Positions 53,601 to 63,560 of a stretch of DNA of 64,000 nt are shown here, piece by piece. The first letter of the stretch is position 1. Each line of letters starts with the position of its first letter. The notes under the pieces are model-generated. The model was given only the letters and a program-made list of their open reading frames with translations. It ran no database searches and was not told the DNA's origin. The DNA is from Balanoglossus misakiensis (taxonomy: Eukaryota > Animalia > Hemichordata), in contig CM082577.2 of assembly GCA_040954595.2 (NCBI GenBank), positions 4,886,301-4,950,300 of the forward strand, read 5' to 3'. The position numbers and the translations under genes are program-made.

Positions 53601-55536
53601 TCATCAGATATAGACAAACATACCAGTAGCTATAGCGTTAGGCCTCGGCAAGGGCTATTACCGTCATGCCCTTGGTATTTTAAAAGTGACAGGTATTCAT
53701 AATGGACCTCCAACATCGGAGCACTTTAGTAGCCAGGGTCAATTATCTACATGTACTGTTTAAACCATGTTCTGCTGGTTGCAAGTTGAGCTGTAACTTA
53801 AGTTTTATGCAATTTTTCTGTATTCCGGAATAATGATGATAAAATACAGACTCACCACCAAATACGAAGGCAAAAAATTACTTTGATGAATTTATGTGCT
53901 TCAGAATAACATCTTCAGCTTTTCAAAAATGTGAAAAGATAAAACTGATATCATCCAGTGTACAGGTACAAAACTGGCACTTACGGTCAACCATGATGGC
54001 CGGTATTGTAGCAATTTTGATTTAAAACTCCACATTTGCTGAATGCGCAGACAATGGCCATTGTGCGAATGCCGATGTCTTCTCAAATTGCATTGCAGTC
54101 AAGTTTTGATATTAGAAACTGCTGCTGTTCGGCAGAGAACCACTTCAATAGAAACGGGGCAGAATGCAATATCCTGTTCTGAATGAAACGTATTGAACCA
54201 CTAAGAGGTTTCTAGAATTACAACTAGAACACTGTGATTTGCCAGGGGAATTTGTATACAACAGAACTGTACCTGCATCCTGAATTATTTTTTTTTCTAA
54301 ATGCAGACTTTAATTAGATTTGTGAAAGTAATAATATGTTTAATCCATTTAAGATTATTACATAAAATTGAGTTATACATCAAGACATACTGGCTTCACA
54401 GTTTAACAGACATTTACCTCTTTCCGTAAACTCAACTTGTAAATTGTTTTGGACATGTTCACACCGTGACAAGCAGAGCTTTTAATTTTTTAGCGACAGT
54501 TCATTCATTTACAGTAAACCTGATGTACACGATGTGTGGTTCAGTTCTTTAGAAGTCCAACCTAACCATACAAAACACTGGATTTGGACTGGATTTGTGA
54601 AAGAGGGTTACTTTCACTTTCTCCTATAACCACAGTACTCCACAGTGAGTAAACTGCAGTGTCAGTACGTGTGACCCCTGCCCATTTCCCTACTCAAAAA
54701 ATGTGAGATCAATCCTTATCGCGGCTCAAATAGTTGCAATTCCGACATCACTGAGCATTATGGCCAATGGTTGAATACAGGTCACAATGCTGCGCATTAC
54801 GAAGGGACTTTGGCCATAATTTTTTGATAAAATCTAAGTACTGGACAGTCCCTATTCAGTGACCCATTAACTGTCGTAACAAACCAGAAGTCACATCTGC
54901 TCCTTTTAAAGGGAAAATAGCTGTAAATTTTGATAATAACAACAAACCTGGCAGGACCAGTCGATAGTGAGGTGATTTGTAGTACGGCGAATAGAAGTCA
55001 CACAATCGATTTGTTTAATCAGTCTGTCTATTTGATTGTTGTTGTTGTTGTTTATTTATTTGTCTTTTTTTACAAGTGAGGCCATCAGATGTGTCAAGTA
55101 GTTAATTAAGGGTACCATGCCTCTTCCATTTTCATCACAAGAGAAGGTTCTGCCCAGTAACATGCCTTACAAATGGCATGCCAGTGGGACGATAACAGAC
55201 GGCTGATAATGATATTAACCCAGTTGGTATGAACCCGGATTTCTTGTGTTCCGAAGGTCCTTTTAATAAAGATTAGCCAAGTATATTTGTTATGTAAGAC
55301 GTACTTCCATAAACAGGTACAGATTTGAACACCTCCATGCAGATAGAATCACCCCCTCCACAACAAGCCAATTCTTTAGCATCACAGCTAACCTCCATGA
55401 TTTAAAACTCTTATTCATTTTACACCGAGACTAGATTAGGGCTGAACACACCCCTATTAAAGTTTGATGGCAGTTGCGCAATCGATCCAATATCTGATGA
55501 AAAATCGAAACTAAAATTTCGACCTACCAGTTCCAT
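11518..55536 (-). CDS. MYO15: Unconventional myosin XV (MYO15/sisyphus-like), multi-exon gene, ~50 coding exons; ~2871 aa without and ~4376 aa with the giant exon
   Basis: P-loop GESGAGKT, switch [10 protein letters not shown], switch II LDIFGFE, 3 IQ, then MyTH4-FERM-SH3-MyTH4-FERM. N-terminus [18 protein letters not shown] and tail motif [13 protein letters not shown] resemble invertebrate class XV myosins from memory. Summed manual exon chain is 13131 nt, divisible by 3, all GT-AG. Confidence 0.9.
12712..12846 (-). CDS. MYO15: MYO15 FERM-2 exon
   Basis: [13 protein letters not shown]...[21 protein letters not shown]. Confidence 0.94.
13157..13240 (-). CDS. MYO15: MYO15 FERM-2 exon
   Basis: [20 protein letters not shown]. 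Confidence 0.94.
13282..13462. mobile_element. Degenerate Tc1/mariner-type MITE
   Basis: Starts CAGTAAACCTGTCTAAAC, has internal AAACCT(G/C)T repeats, ends ...AACAGATTTCAATACTG-TA; related GTTTAGACAGGTTTT at ~18342. Confidence 0.45.
13567..13750 (-). CDS. MYO15: MYO15 FERM-2 exon
   Basis: [22 protein letters not shown]. Confidence 0.94.
15125..15258 (-). CDS. MYO15: MYO15 FERM-2 exon
   Basis: [12 protein letters not shown]...[10 protein letters not shown]. Confidence 0.93.
15380..15540 (-). CDS. MYO15: MYO15 FERM-2 exon
   Basis: [12 protein letters not shown]...[16 protein letters not shown]...YNQ. Confidence 0.94.
15591..15746. mobile_element. ~155-bp MITE-like element with internal CTATAGA repeats
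   Basis: TIRs CCCTTACAAAAAATGTTCTACAGA / TCTAAAGAATGTGTTTGTAAGGG, flanked by TA. Confidence 0.6.
15919..16319 (-). CDS. MYO15: MYO15 MyTH4-2/FERM-2 exon
   Basis: [10 protein letters not shown]...[15 protein letters not shown]...LPGG. Confidence 0.95.
16679..16761 (-). CDS. MYO15: MYO15 MyTH4-2 exon
   Basis: [20 protein letters not shown]. Confidence 0.94.
16996..17069 (-). CDS. MYO15: MYO15 MyTH4-2 exon
   Basis: [24 protein letters not shown]. Confidence 0.93.
17194..17334 (-). CDS. MYO15: MYO15 MyTH4-2 exon
   Basis: [24 protein letters not shown]...KMALECFI. Confidence 0.93.
17607..17802 (-). CDS. MYO15: MYO15 exon preceding MyTH4-2
   Basis: [17 protein letters not shown]. Confidence 0.9.
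17968..18018 (-). CDS. MYO15: MYO15 51-nt linker exon (phase 0-0)
   Basis: [17 protein letters not shown]; TACAG acceptor, CAG|GTAAGG donor. Confidence 0.75.
18935..19050 (+). repeat. Purine-rich simple repeats (GAAG)n/(AAAC)n/(AAAG)n/(AG)n
   Basis: Directly visible. Confidence 0.85.
19318..19485. mobile_element. 168-bp Harbinger-like MITE
   Basis: Imperfect TIRs GGGAGCTTCCAGTTATTACGGG / CCCATCATAACTGACAGTTCCC flanked by TAA on both sides; internal poly-C. Confidence 0.65.
19526..19620 (-). CDS. MYO15: MYO15 SH3 exon
   Basis: [19 protein letters not shown]. Confidence 0.94.
19825..19990 (-). CDS. MYO15: MYO15 SH3 exon
   Basis: [26 protein letters not shown]. Confidence 0.94.
20276..20485 (-). 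CDS. MYO15: MYO15 FERM-1 F3-like exon
   Basis: [16 protein letters not shown]...LDTFSFNEI. Confidence 0.92.
20859..20971 (-). CDS. MYO15: MYO15 FERM-1 exon
   Basis: [23 protein letters not shown]. Confidence 0.92.
21180..21315 (-). CDS. MYO15: MYO15 FERM-1 C-part exon
   Basis: [41 protein letters not shown]. Confidence 0.92.
21404..21581. mobile_element. Tc1/mariner-pogo-type MITE remnant
   Basis: TIRs (T)AGTCAAACCTCTCTATAGTGGCCA / TGGCCACTAACAGGGGGTTGACTG followed by TA. Confidence 0.6.
21685..21873 (-). CDS. MYO15: MYO15 tail exon
   Basis: EEELPPPVP...[16 protein letters not shown]; GAG|GTAAGG. Confidence 0.88.
22099..22139 (+). repeat. 15-bp tandem repeat CATCCACATTTTTCG x~2.7
   Basis: Directly visible. 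Confidence 0.85.
23181..27695 (-). CDS. MYO15: Giant 4515-nt in-frame exon (1505 aa, Q/E/R/V/S-rich, repetitive) in the MYO15 tail
   Basis: Uninterrupted 1527-codon ORF 23064..27647; acceptor TTATCTTTCCCTACCTGACAG|TTC ACC CCT (exon starts 27695) and donor CTG|GTAAGC (exon ends 23181), both phase 0 like the flanking exons. Confidence 0.75.
28883..30244 (-). CDS. MYO15: MYO15 1362-nt proline-rich tail exon (phase 0-0)
   Basis: ORF 28868..30235; several polyproline runs; [13 protein letters not shown]; CAG|GTAATG donor. Confidence 0.9.
30577..30791 (-). CDS. MYO15: MYO15 Gln/Met/Pro-rich exon
   Basis: [30 protein letters not shown]...[11 protein letters not shown]; TACAG acceptor, GTTAGT donor. 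Confidence 0.85.
32450..32593 (-). CDS. MYO15: MYO15 Met/Pro/Ala tripeptide-repeat exon (phase 1-1)
   Basis: [47 protein letters not shown]; long polypyrimidine tract then GTAG. Confidence 0.75.
33295..33378 (-). repeat. Dispersed short repeat, also at ~54515-54612 (+) and ~60880-60960 (+)
   Basis: Shared core GGTCCAAC..CCATA(G/C)(G/A)AAACA(A/C)TG in all three copies. Confidence 0.6.
33794..33850 (-). CDS. MYO15: Candidate 57-nt MYO15 exon (phase 1-1)
   Basis: [19 protein letters not shown]; CTTCAG acceptor, CAG|GTAAGC donor. Confidence 0.7.
35034..35069 (-). CDS. MYO15: Candidate 36-nt MYO15 microexon (phase 1-1)
   Basis: TACAG|GG TAT AGG CGT TTT CCA ATG ACA AGC ATT CGG CAA G|GTAATC; open in frame. 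Confidence 0.5.
35299..35930 (-). CDS. MYO15: MYO15 low-complexity tail exon
   Basis: ORF 35261..35926; includes [13 protein letters not shown] and MKLKGGG; CACAG acceptor, GCAG|GTAATG donor; GC-rich codons. Confidence 0.87.
36156..36362 (-). CDS. MYO15: MYO15 FERM-1 N-part exon
   Basis: GWSVWMKD...[19 protein letters not shown]. Confidence 0.92.
36768..37010 (-). CDS. MYO15: MYO15 MyTH4-1/FERM-1 exon
   Basis: [11 protein letters not shown]...[13 protein letters not shown]...SWTTAEEFA. Confidence 0.94.
37224..37384 (-). CDS. MYO15: MYO15 MyTH4-1 exon
   Basis: [16 protein letters not shown]...[16 protein letters not shown]. Confidence 0.95.
37530..37700 (-). CDS. MYO15: MYO15 MyTH4-1 exon
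   Basis: [15 protein letters not shown]...[14 protein letters not shown]...LGNFIAQK. Confidence 0.93.
37993..38126 (-). CDS. MYO15: MYO15 tail exon
   Basis: [15 protein letters not shown]...[19 protein letters not shown]. Confidence 0.92.
38376..38541 (-). CDS. MYO15: MYO15 post-IQ exon
   Basis: [16 protein letters not shown]...[14 protein letters not shown]. Confidence 0.9.
38930..39190 (-). CDS. MYO15: MYO15 neck exon, three IQ motifs
   Basis: [36 protein letters not shown]. Confidence 0.95.
39461..39584 (-). CDS. MYO15: MYO15 converter exon
   Basis: YRCLIGP...HQLGQTK. Confidence 0.92.
40893..41063 (-). CDS. MYO15: MYO15 motor exon, SH1/SH2 region
   Basis: [15 protein letters not shown]...[21 protein letters not shown]. 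Confidence 0.96.
41495..41652 (-). CDS. MYO15: MYO15 motor exon, loop 2
   Basis: MVAHMF...[21 protein letters not shown]. Confidence 0.93.
41797..42000 (-). CDS. MYO15: MYO15 motor exon
   Basis: ASDQSFLDK...[23 protein letters not shown]. Confidence 0.95.
42393..42524 (-). CDS. MYO15: MYO15 motor exon
   Basis: [44 protein letters not shown]. Confidence 0.95.
42625..42720 (-). CDS. MYO15: MYO15 motor exon, relay helix
   Basis: [28 protein letters not shown]. Confidence 0.96.
43058..43181 (-). CDS. MYO15: MYO15 motor exon, switch II
   Basis: [20 protein letters not shown]...[10 protein letters not shown]. Confidence 0.96.
43340..43398 (-). CDS. MYO15: MYO15 motor exon
   Basis: [19 protein letters not shown](R). 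Confidence 0.92.
43514..43624 (-). CDS. MYO15: MYO15 motor exon
   Basis: [37 protein letters not shown]. Confidence 0.9.
43876..44037 (-). CDS. MYO15: MYO15 motor exon
   Basis: [15 protein letters not shown]...[11 protein letters not shown]. Confidence 0.94.
44374..44551 (-). CDS. MYO15: MYO15 motor exon
   Basis: [35 protein letters not shown]. Confidence 0.95.
44968..45071 (-). CDS. MYO15: MYO15 motor exon, switch I
   Basis: [33 protein letters not shown]. Confidence 0.96.
45191..45362 (-). CDS. MYO15: MYO15 motor exon, P-loop
   Basis: [10 protein letters not shown]...[27 protein letters not shown]. Confidence 0.96.
46324..46433 (-). CDS. MYO15: MYO15 motor exon
   Basis: [37 protein letters not shown]. 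Confidence 0.95.
46578..46641 (-). CDS. MYO15: MYO15 motor exon
   Basis: [21 protein letters not shown]; GTAAGT donor. Confidence 0.92.
46738..47546. mobile_element. 809-bp non-autonomous PIF/Harbinger-type (Tourist-like) MITE in a MYO15 intron
   Basis: Near-perfect ~40-bp TIRs GGCTGCATTCACAAACACCTCTGGAGGGGGGGG / CCCCCCCCTCCAGAGGTGTTTGTGAATGCAGCC; TTA target duplication at 46735-46737 and 47547-47549; no ORF. Confidence 0.9.
47831..47913 (-). CDS. MYO15: MYO15 exon, start of motor
   Basis: [27 protein letters not shown]; AG/GTGAG. Confidence 0.88.
49096..49200 (-). CDS. MYO15: MYO15 exon, N-terminal SH3-like region
   Basis: [35 protein letters not shown]; TTTACAG acceptor, GTATG donor. Confidence 0.9.
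55528..55536 (-). CDS. MYO15: MYO15 candidate first coding exon (MEL), within exon ~55528-55717
   Basis: ACAAC-ATG GAA CTG|GTAGGT, phase 0 into GQMVWFD; in-frame upstream TGA; acceptor TTTCTTTATTACTCTGTACAG ends at 55718. Confidence 0.6.
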
Positions 55537-56864
55537 GTTGTTCCTCGGAGTCTGTGTGTGAAGTCGGACAATTCAAGTCACTGGCGAGTTCTGCTGCACG
55601 TTAGGATTCACGTTCCAGCGCGGCTACAGGTCCCCGAGAGCACCATCGCTGTGATGACAACCAGAAGTGAATCAGATGCGTTTATCCAGGCCTTTCCACT
55701 ACAAGCCTGCGTACCACCTGTACAGAGTAATAAAGAAACAGTGGAAAATAAATCACACAAAATAACAATATACACATACGCCTGTATATGACGTGCATGT
55801 TGACAGCGCACACTGATAAGATCAGAACCGACCCAATCAGGCACACCATCACGTAATCTAAACCCAACAACACCAAAACTCAACAATGGCAGACACACCT
55901 ACAGAATCAACGGTTTGTTTTGCTACAGTAAGTTGACCAAAGAAATGTAAATGATCTATGTAATCTATGTATCACAATGTACTATCAGATGATAAATCAT
56001 GATACAAGTAGCCAATCTTTTCAGCTTTCTTTGAATCCAGACATCCCTCCACCCAAACCCCACCCGTCCAGTTGAATCCTTTATCTTCAAAGTTGCAAAG
56101 CAAAAGTATAGGCTGCCTATATACATGTAAGCTGACTTTCTAAGGCTTGTCCAAACTTTAACTGAGAAAACTGAGAAAATGTTACTGATTTCTGTTCTCA
56201 ACTAGACAGCTAGTGCATATGTAGTATTTGCCCAACGCTTGATAATTAGTAGAATTGTTGAATACATTTATCTGCTTCACTGTGGCAGATGTGCTGGTAT
56301 TACTGGTGCAGCTGATATGACACTAATCTGTCCAGTAAAGTACCCTTGCCTGACACGACCAAGCTAAATAAAGATGGTAATCGGGACAACTGTGGGCTTC
56401 TTTTCATACTGTGCCCACATTACACGATCAATGTTTTATATAAGAGTTCTGGTACTTCATATGTCTATCCTTTATCTGACATTTTTTTCTTGTCACGTTT
56501 CATTTATTAATCTTTTTTATAAATTTTGCATTTCAGAAGCAGTGACTGATGGTCCATATTTTGAGAAGACAGCTGAAACGGGCTGCTTTTGCATAGCTAT
56601 ATTGAGCCGTAGACGCAGAGAGTGTAATTACATAAATGCGGTCTCATTCATTTCAATGTTAGTGTCCCATCAAGCCATTAGAGCTTTCGTAATCACTCTG
56701 CTATTTCACACATTCTATGCATAGTTCCCACATGAGTGACACTTTCGTTGATTAAAATTATTAATCCACTGTAATGTATTGAACAATTCTGCGTGCTATG
56801 TAACAACTAAGCCTTGACTGTCTAGAGTTTGCATTGCAGACACCCACTGGTAAAATTTTAAGTT

Positions 56865-56885
56865 GGGGGGGGGGGGGGGGGGGGG
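56865..56885 (+). repeat. poly-G run
   Basis: Directly visible. Confidence 0.9.
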
Positions 56886-58539
56886 CACTACAAACTTATT
56901 TCTTTCCACATCCAAATCCAAAATTTATTAACAAAGCAAAATAGCCACGGAGAAAAGAGTAAAAAAACTGCAATGATTTATCTAATAGGGCGCTCCCACT
57001 TAAGGAGCTGTCACTCTCACACCAAAATTCTAATTTCTAGACAGCGTATAATTAGCTGACCCAAACCGCATCCCTTGTAAAGCACAGGTGGTACAAATCT
57101 TCCCTGAGTTCCGGTAACATTAAGTTTATACATGTATACAGTATGACCTCTAGTATTCCAATTATAAATCAAGGCAGCATGCGATATAAATAAAAAATAT
57201 TCTGAGCTCTTTCAGAACAAATTTAGTTTTTTTATTTTCCAATTCCGAATAAGATGACAATGATATGAAATACACACAAAACTGGTTCACAAACGTCTAC
57301 AGTGGTATTTGTTACTATGAGAAAAGCAATATTTCATTTCATAATGCCTACTTTCATAACCAAACTGCTGCAGGCAATGAAATTTGAGTCTATCATTTGA
57401 CAATCTTGCCATAACATTCTGCCATTTTAATGATGCATTCGAGTCATCATAATTCTCATATTTATATGAAACAACATGCTGACACAGTCACAGAACACTC
57501 AGCACGTGTTTTTTGTGTGTGTGTTTTTCACACAAAAAGTGAATTATTTCCACGCTGTGAGACACGGCCTGCTTGGTCTGCACATACGATATTATTATAC
57601 TTTTCTCCCATGCATGCTATCAATCACTGTCAATCCTGTAGGATTGGGATTATAGTATTAAATCAGTATGATATCAAGTATCAGATTGTCAGTTGGTTCT
57701 TTTGTATGCTTTGTATTTTATATTTTTTGTCCTGATTTTTTCTGTTTTGTATAGTCTTGTACAGATCTCATTGTACTTATTACTAAATTATCAAATCTTA
57801 CTGACAATTTTTTGTATTCTTGTCACAGAAATTGCATACATGTACAGGGCCCTATACTTTATAAAACAATACCCTTTTCTGTAATGTATGCAAATAAACT
57901 TGACCCACAGATTGTATCAACATTAGTACCAACCATATGGGTAAAAGACAATGAATTATGCATAGTAGTATTCCGGCCCACCATTATTTACCTTTGCAAT
58001 GTCATTATAATGTGAAACTTTTCCACGTAAAAGTCAAATGAAGACAATCTAGGGTACTATGTTTTCCCAGAAAATTGTGCTTGGTTTCTGTTTTATGTGC
58101 TGCCATGGGAAGTTGACGAAAAATCTGTCTGTATGTGTAATGTAATAACAACATAATTTTTCAAAGCTTCATTGTTTTATTTATGCTAATTGACATAATA
58201 CATTACTAAAATGAGAGCACAGTATGCATACATGTAATTGGTCCAGTGACAGCAGGCTATTATTAGAGTAGAATTCTGAAGTGTCATTTGTCAAACGGAA
58301 TAGCTAATAATACACAGTATGTAGTAAACAAAGTGATTGGCAGTGTTGACAAACAGAAGGATGATCTGCTCCATACTGTCTCCAACCCCAACAGTGAGTG
58401 CATTTTATAGATCTCCATGGGACAAGACTGGTCACTAATCTGCTTTATACATCACCATGGTGAGACTGGAGCCTTTGATGCGCAAACCTTACACGCTGTG
58501 TTGACAGTTTTTCGTACCCACCAATGACTCCACTGGGAA

Positions 58540-58830
58540 AGTTTCCGGCGTATTACACTTATCGAATGGCACTCGAGACAAATTGATACGTTCCACCATA
58601 ACGACCGGCGTTGAAAGAGTTATATTTAGCCACAGAATTCGCAAGATGAGACGCAAAAGCAGTCACCTGTTCGCAAAACCCACATTCAAATAATGGACTG
58701 CCTTCGCGTCCTTACATATTTCATGCGCACCGTATAAGCGAACTTTAGTTTTGTCCCTTCTTTTCACCTATTTGATATCTTTTCCCAATCTCGGACACAG
58801 TCAATGGTCGCCACCATCTTGTCTGTTGTA
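58540..58830 (-). promoter_or_regulatory. CpG-enriched candidate promoter / non-coding first exon of MYO15
   Basis: Local CpG enrichment; minus-strand CAAGATGGTGGCG (YY1-like) at ~58808-58821; donor-like TAT|GTAAGG at ~58715. Confidence 0.35.
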
Positions 58831-61800
58831 AGGACAGAACACTGCCTTATGGCATTGACTCACTGTATACAATACATGTATTTGTAACCAGAGTCTCTGG
58901 TTTGACACATAAGCATAGACAATCTAAGTAGGTTAATGGTGACCTTTCACAGTTGGTTTACCAGAAACACTAATTATTGTTATGTCAATAATTAGACTGG
59001 TAATTTCCATTAACTTAAATTTAATTCATATCAACTATTCTACAGTCCATTTCACATGTTCACTACATTGACCTCCTCCAGGTTTGATATTTCCAGCCTC
59101 AGTTTCTTGTTTCCATTCCGTGTTGCGCAGTAACGGTTGGATGATTCCTCACCAGACACCCAAATGGTTAATTAAAAAACTCACTGAAACAGAACAATGA
59201 ATAGTTTATTCTGGAAAATCCACAACAGGACTGGACAAAACCATTTCCAAACCACCTGTTGACTCATCAAGGTGAAATATGAGTAGTAGTATAATAGTAA
59301 TAGGGTTAGTTTTATCCTTCAAGATTTAATAATGAACAGACAGTCTCATACCAAAAACTACACACTAGTAATATACATGTACTTGTATTTTTTGGGTCAT
59401 GTCCCATAAATACATGTAGATAGAAGCTGATGATTAAACAGTCTATGAAATTATAACTTGCACCGTATACCTGCTCTCATGGGCATGACTACAGGTATAC
59501 TGCCTGTTTCAACCATCTTACTATATTTAGGCCTACAGGCCATCCCGATAACATCAGAATACAATCTTCTGTTTATGTTTACATGTCTATGTATACAGAG
59601 CATTTTATGATCTGTCTGCCTGTCTCTCTGTCTCAGATCAAATGACTCACAATTTGAAATGCTCAAACTTTTTATACGGCCATTTTTTCCGTATACCTGT
59701 TCAGTGAGAAAATGACTGGGAAGTATACAGTTTCTTTTTGAAGGCAGTCAGTGGCGTAACAAACAGTTATTCATCATGATAACTCTTTCATGACTTCATC
59801 AGGCCTTTGATGATAACAGTTTGTATTGTTTTCTGTGGACTCCAAACAATGGTGCTTGCAATGAGATTCAATGGTCGTTGACAACTTAGCTCCCTATTGT
59901 GGCAGATACAACACAGTATCAGATTCCTGTTTGGGAAAACAAACTTCCCAGAGTGCAGAACGCATGCATGTACACTTCTTACCAGCAGTCATGATACGTA
60001 CACAGATACCAGAATCCTTTTAGAACAATGTTTTATTTGCTTGAGTCAAAAAAGAATTTGATGAGGTTCACCCTTCCCTGTTTAAATGATCATTTGCTAG
60101 CGTAAAGTATACTGATAGGTGTCTATCTAGCATTGATCAAAATCTGTTTCACCAAGGCTAAAGTCAATAATGCAGTAACAGTATTTTAATATTCGCTTTA
60201 CGAATACTACAATAGTGCACTCTACTTCACACCCATGACCTCCGTTGATTTTTAACTGCAGCACAATTTGCGCCAACACTTTGAGGCCAGACCCAATTGA
60301 AAGGTCAACTGATAGTGTTGGTATTCACAATTGGCCAAAAACACAATGCCACACCATTGGTGTGGTCACTTTACCAGGGAGTGGACGGGTACAACGCCCT
60401 TGTTCATAATTCATACAAGCAGGACATTCAACTGTAATTTTCACATGTAAATGAGTTCTGTAATTCTTCCAAATATTTCTTCTTCACCTCAGGTATATAA
60501 GCGTCACCGTGGACCGGTTCAAATGGGTACGAAATTGATAGCAAATGTGCACAAACCATTTCACTGTGTTTTTCCTTTCATGGTAGACTAGTTCATGCAC
60601 GCCCATATGAATGTAAAGCGTTCCAATAAAAAGGTCCAAGTTCAACCTTGGCGTTCTTGCATTCAGTATGTCAAGGCTGTGATGTATGCGAAAACAGATG
60701 CCAGATAACACAGGCAGGTACTTGGCCACCAAGTCTCTTCAAATATTATCTAACTCTGTTGATAACAGTTTGTATAAAATTATGTTGAAATTACAATATT
60801 AGAGGACCATATCTTTTGCTCTAGCTTCTTGTTGGCTACTTTTACCTATGTATTAGTCATTGGGTTTTACATGTACAGTCCAACGTGTAAACCTTTCCTC
60901 CCCTTTCAGTCTATGGAGGTCCAACTTATCCATAGAAAACAATGGATTTGGACCAAACCTCCAGATTTGTATCAGAAAATAAGTTGCTGCATGCCACTGA
61001 TTTAAAAATTCAACAGGCAATTAAAGCACCTGCTGAATATATCTCAAATAAGTAGAACAGCAAATGTACCAGTTACGAGTGACTCTCTGCAATTACAACA
61101 GTTTGATTTTTTTATTCATTTATCAAGATGTTTTTTGATGCAGTTGGCCATGAAATTTCAAGGTAAATTTAAGTATACCAGTTATGCACAAACGTAACAG
61201 AAATCCTACGATATTCATGGATTTTTTTTTCGAAGTTTCAGCTGTGCAGTACGCTATTTTTGTATCAAAAATACCCAGAAGAAAGTTACTGTTTATATCT
61301 ATAACAATTTGGGATTGGAAATTGGTAATTGCTTGATGGGTAATATTATAAACTGTATTACCTGAAATATACGTCATATTCAAAATAACTCTAAACAAAG
61401 AGTATCCATCTTATGCAAATATGATTTGTATGCTGTTACAAATAGAAACAGTGAATTGACCTTACTAAGGTCATCGAAAGACCCATCCTCATTACAATTT
61501 TATTTTATGGTTATCTACACTGATTAAATATGTGACTTGAATTTGAAAGTTATTTTTAAGCATTTCTGTTACTTTGCCATATAAATAAAGACATCCCAAC
61601 CTGACATTTTATTATAATTAAAAAGCAGGGATATGTTCTTAATTATGTTCGACTCACTGCTGGTACCACAGCTTCTCATCAATGATACATTTCCCTGGAT
61701 ATTAAATAAAATACAGCAAACATTGCTTTTGCTGGAATTTTATTCAAAGTTTACTTTTCAAATATAGGGCCTGAGGCGAGGCCGTATGGCCAGCCATACT

Positions 61801-62529
61801 TTGTACATGTACATGTATTCAGCTGTATTTGTATTTTTTGTATACAGTACTGTAAACAACAGGTGTCATTATCATCATGAACCCTCTCTGTTTTTTTCTG
61901 GTAAAACCCTGTCATTATGTTCATTGTCTGACTTAATCTCAACCTAGAATGATATCAAAAATACTCTTCCAGCAGATTTCGCATTGACACAAAACTCTGA
62001 ATAAAAAATAAGGACCATAACAACTTGTATATAGTAACCACAATTTAAGATTTATTTTTTGTTTTTGCATCATCCATGAGTTTTTTTTTAAAAAGGTCAC
62101 TGATCTCAAGTTTACAATTACAACTACTTTAATTAAGGGAGCCTTCTGTACCTTTAAAAAGAATGGCTTGTTCGATCATGATTTACAATTTATTACAAAG
62201 TTAATCATTGCAAAGCATAACTCATTGTACAATAATTAATGTGCATGATATTTTACATACTTCATGCACAAGTATAATACAGTTTTATTACTTTCTGCAA
62301 AAATGCTTTTTACATGTAAAATTACTTCCAATATTCTCATTTTTTATGCCAACCATAATGATGATGTATAATAAACAAATTTGCATGATGTACATACATA
62401 TTTACACACCCAACCTTACTTTTGCTACCATAAAACTGGGCTGTTTTCACATTGAGAAGAAGCAGAGACATGATTCGATAGAGTTCATACCAAGAGTTTA
62501 ATTTTTTAAACCACACTTTCTCTTTGGTT

Positions 62530-63560
62530 GTGACCTATCGGTTGGCCTGGCATGCACCCAAAGCACGGCGAGAAACCAAGATGGCGAATAACAGACCCGA
62601 ACCTCCCCTTCAGCGCTGCCACAGCAGGAAGTTTTTACGAGGACTCCGCCCTACTTTTGACACATATTTGAGAGCTTTTGAAAATACAACAAATGATTGT
62701 TTAAATTACGTCTAGCTGTAGCGCTAGGCTGAATGCCGTTTGCATGCTATCACCGTTTTCAAGATAAGCTGGTTTTGGACATTATTGGAGCGCTTTGTAA
62801 TCGATGGGCTGAACCCGAATGCCCGCCCGGCGTCGCGTCCTGACCGCCGCCGGGGATGACTCACTCCGACCCGGGACGCAATCGAGAACCCGCCCATCGC
62901 ACCGCGAGTGGCGAAAACAACTTGAAAATCGACAGGTGCATGGTCATTATCAATCCTTAACACCAACTACAGTAATTAATACAAATGTCAAAGAGTTCAA
63001 AAACTGCGGGACGGTGGTAAACTGTCGGTGTTTTATGTCAAACTGCTTCCCAACACCAGAACAGTAGCGCGTATATACAGCGGCACTACCTGTTACGTTC
63101 AGTCCTCACACGGCCTTTGCCGCAACCTTATAATCAACAGCCGCTTTGCAGCGCAAGAATATTCACAATATCGCAACGGGTAACTTAACACTTACCTTAA
63201 ACAAAAGAATATAATTACTGGCTGAAATTCCGCGATAGACAGGTGGTTATTCCGTATGAAAAGGCAACACAAAGTTGGAAGTTTGCGGATGTGTGGGACT
63301 GGCAGCCAAGCCGTGGTAATTATCACTATCAGTTAGTACGTCTTTTGGTCGAATGCATTTTCTGGGCGGGGGCCGCAGATTGTTTTGAGGGGTATCGCAG
63401 CTGGATGTTTTCGCCGTAACCTTTAACGCCTATCAATAATTCTTCTACAAAAGTCAACTCTGAAACGGATTTTTGTTAGCACTAACCTCTGTCGACACCA
63501 AGAGTTTATCTACAGTTTAAATTCCGTACTCGCGGTGCGACGGAATACCGTTTAAATTTA
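62530..63560. promoter_or_regulatory. CpG-rich promoter-like island
   Basis: Dense CpG; GC boxes CCGCCC (~62646, ~62823, ~62889) and GGGCGG (~63364); CAAGATGGCG (YY1-like) at ~62577; TGACTCA at ~62857; strong minus-strand donor AAG|GTAAGT at ~63195. Confidence 0.5.

Noticed and set aside
49558-54100. Short ORFs in the first intron as extra exons or genes
   Set aside because: No homology cues and no in-phase splice pairs with an ATG (e.g. the 53856 donor has an in-frame stop just upstream)
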